Notes under the pieces: model-generated
Told to the model about the DNA's origin: nothing
The model's database searches: none
Seen by the model: the letters and a program-made list of their open reading frames with translations, nothing else
Position numbers and translations under genes: made by a program
Shown here: in pieces, positions 40,725 through 41,630 of the stretch
How positions within the stretch are numbered: position 1 is the stretch's first letter
Layout: the number at the start of each line of letters is the position of its first letter
Source of the DNA: a virus
DNA length: 41,630 nucleotides
Virus record (IMG/VR): IMGVR_UViG_3300015265_000006
Coordinates: 1-41,630 of that record
Reading direction: 5' to 3' (one strand)

Positions 40725-41153
40725 ATGATGAACGCACGATTTGATATCTGTCAGGCCGCGCACGACGCGAAGTTGCCTCCAGCGGTCAGTGAGACGCCGG
40801 AAGAGTTGGCGCGGGCTGAGTGGCTGTATGACGCGGCTGAGCAGCTGATTCGCGGCTGCGACGTCATGTTCCAACGCCGCATGAACCCGCAGCAGGGTGT
40901 TCGGTTTCGCGACTTCGCACTGGCGGTTGATGCGCATGTGAATGCCCGCCTCGCTGATTGCCAAGTCCCAACCCCATCGCTCGGCTACCTGCTGATCGAA
41001 ACCAAGCGCGGATGCGCCGACAAGGTGTCTGCTGACGAGTTGCTTGGCTACAGCGACCACTCACTCGGCATGCTCGGCGAAATCGCTGAGAAGCTGCTAC
41101 AGCCGCTCGTAGACGATGCGCTGATTGCTCAGGCAGAGGATCTGGAATTATGA
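40725..41153 (+). CDS. Hypothetical protein
   Basis: ORF track, 142 aa. GGAGG lies just upstream, so ATG 40728 is equally possible. Confidence 0.55.
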   Translation: MMNARFDICQAAHDAKLPPAVSETPEELARAEWLYDAAEQLIRGCDVMFQRRMNPQQGVRFRDFALAVDAHVNARLADCQVPTPSLGYLLIETKRGCADKVSADELLGYSDHSLGMLGEIAEKLLQPLVDDALIAQAEDLEL

Positions 41154-41344
41154 GCGTTCACATTCTGATCGACGAAGACCTCGACGAACTCAGTCACGCC
41201 GGCTGCCCGGACAAGTACGAGATCCTGGTACTGCGCAACATCACGGCCTTCTATACCGCCAAGGCCATCACCGAAGAAGAATTCCACCACTACTGCAAAC
41301 GGCTGAATGTCGCCATCGCGAACCGGCCAAGGAGTGCGGCATGA
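41150..41344 (+). CDS. Hypothetical protein
   Basis: ORF track, 64 aa. ATGA coupling at both ends. Confidence 0.5.
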   Translation: MSVHILIDEDLDELSHAGCPDKYEILVLRNITAFYTAKAITEEEFHHYCKRLNVAIANRPRSAA

Positions 41345-41493
41345 ACAGCATGACTCTGGCGTTCACCCACAAATCATGGCTCGGCGCCCTCTCTCTGGCC
41401 TACGACGCCGGCATTGAAAACGTTCACGCATGGTCGCGCCGAGCCTGCCTGTGCGGTGAGTGGACTGTGGCGTACGAGGTGAAGACAACATGA
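41341..41493 (+). CDS. Small hypothetical protein (50 aa)
   Basis: In-frame ATG 41341 within ORF 41125..41493. ATGA coupling at both ends. Confidence 0.4.
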   Translation: MNSMTLAFTHKSWLGALSLAYDAGIENVHAWSRRACLCGEWTVAYEVKTT

Positions 41494-41627
41494 AAATCCA
41501 CGCCACCCGCCACTACACCTTCCAAGAACTGCTCAACCGCATCGACCTCGAATACTGGCGCGTCGTTGAGCATGACGAGATGAACTACACCTTCATCCCA
41601 ATCAAGTATTGGGGAGGCAACCCATGA
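41490..41627 (+). CDS. Small hypothetical protein (45 aa); its 3' 120 nt are also present as nt 1-120
   Basis: ATG 41490 is ATGA-coupled. Translation MKIHATRHYTFQELLNRIDLEYWRVVEHDEMNYTFIPIKYWGGNP. It spans the terminal overlap. Confidence 0.4.
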   Translation: MKIHATRHYTFQELLNRIDLEYWRVVEHDEMNYTFIPIKYWGGNP

Positions 41628-41630
41628 AAC
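41508..41630. repeat. Terminal overlap copy 2 (identical to 1-123)
   Basis: Same hand alignment as for copy 1. Confidence 0.9.

Overview
The window is one complete, circularly closed temperate phage or prophage genome. Nt 1-123 are identical to nt 41508-41630, so the unit length is 41,507 bp. It has lambdoid regulatory logic and looks about 60% GC by eye. That composition is Pseudomonas-like, but the host cannot be proven from the sequence.

Layout:
- cI (37874-38602, +) sits between two clusters of 14-bp TTAAGC-NN-GCTTAA operators.
- A PL-like promoter (38699-38727) drives a rightward early operon. It wraps through the window end into nt 1-8289 and encodes many small ATGA-coupled ORFs, lambda-like Bet, a YqaJ-type exonuclease, a C5-cytosine methyltransferase, two DUF551 proteins and Xis.
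- A tyrosine integrase (-) follows. Next to it is an attP region carrying the 3' ~63-72 nt of a tRNA-Ser(CGA), flanked by repeated arm-type motifs.
- A PR-like promoter drives the long leftward unit. In order it encodes Cro, an O-like initiator with an internal iteron/AT-rich origin, a DnaB-type helicase, a TraR-like Zn finger, NinB, NinG, an HTH-metallophosphoesterase and a Q-type antiterminator.
- After Q come a late promoter with two tandem terminators, two holin-like proteins, TerS/TerL, portal, scaffold, an SU10/DUF5309-type capsid and a virion/tail block.
- The unit ends with a Gly-rich fibre, a SleB-type endolysin, Rz with embedded Rz1, and an SGNH-esterase fibre-like protein.
- An AT-rich acyltransferase-3 gene is inserted in reverse orientation inside the late operon.

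Most notable observations:
1. The methyltransferase locus is open from start to stop in two same-strand frames. Their ATGs are 4 nt apart and both translations carry family-like motifs.
2. The DnaB helicase gene carries a single in-frame TAA.
3. An acyltransferase-3 conversion gene is paired with an SGNH-esterase receptor-binding-like protein, and both are compositional outliers.
4. Intrinsic terminators sit inside both early operons and a long structured PL leader is present, but no N-like antiterminator is recognisable.

No CRISPR array, intact tRNA, transposase or reverse transcriptase was seen.
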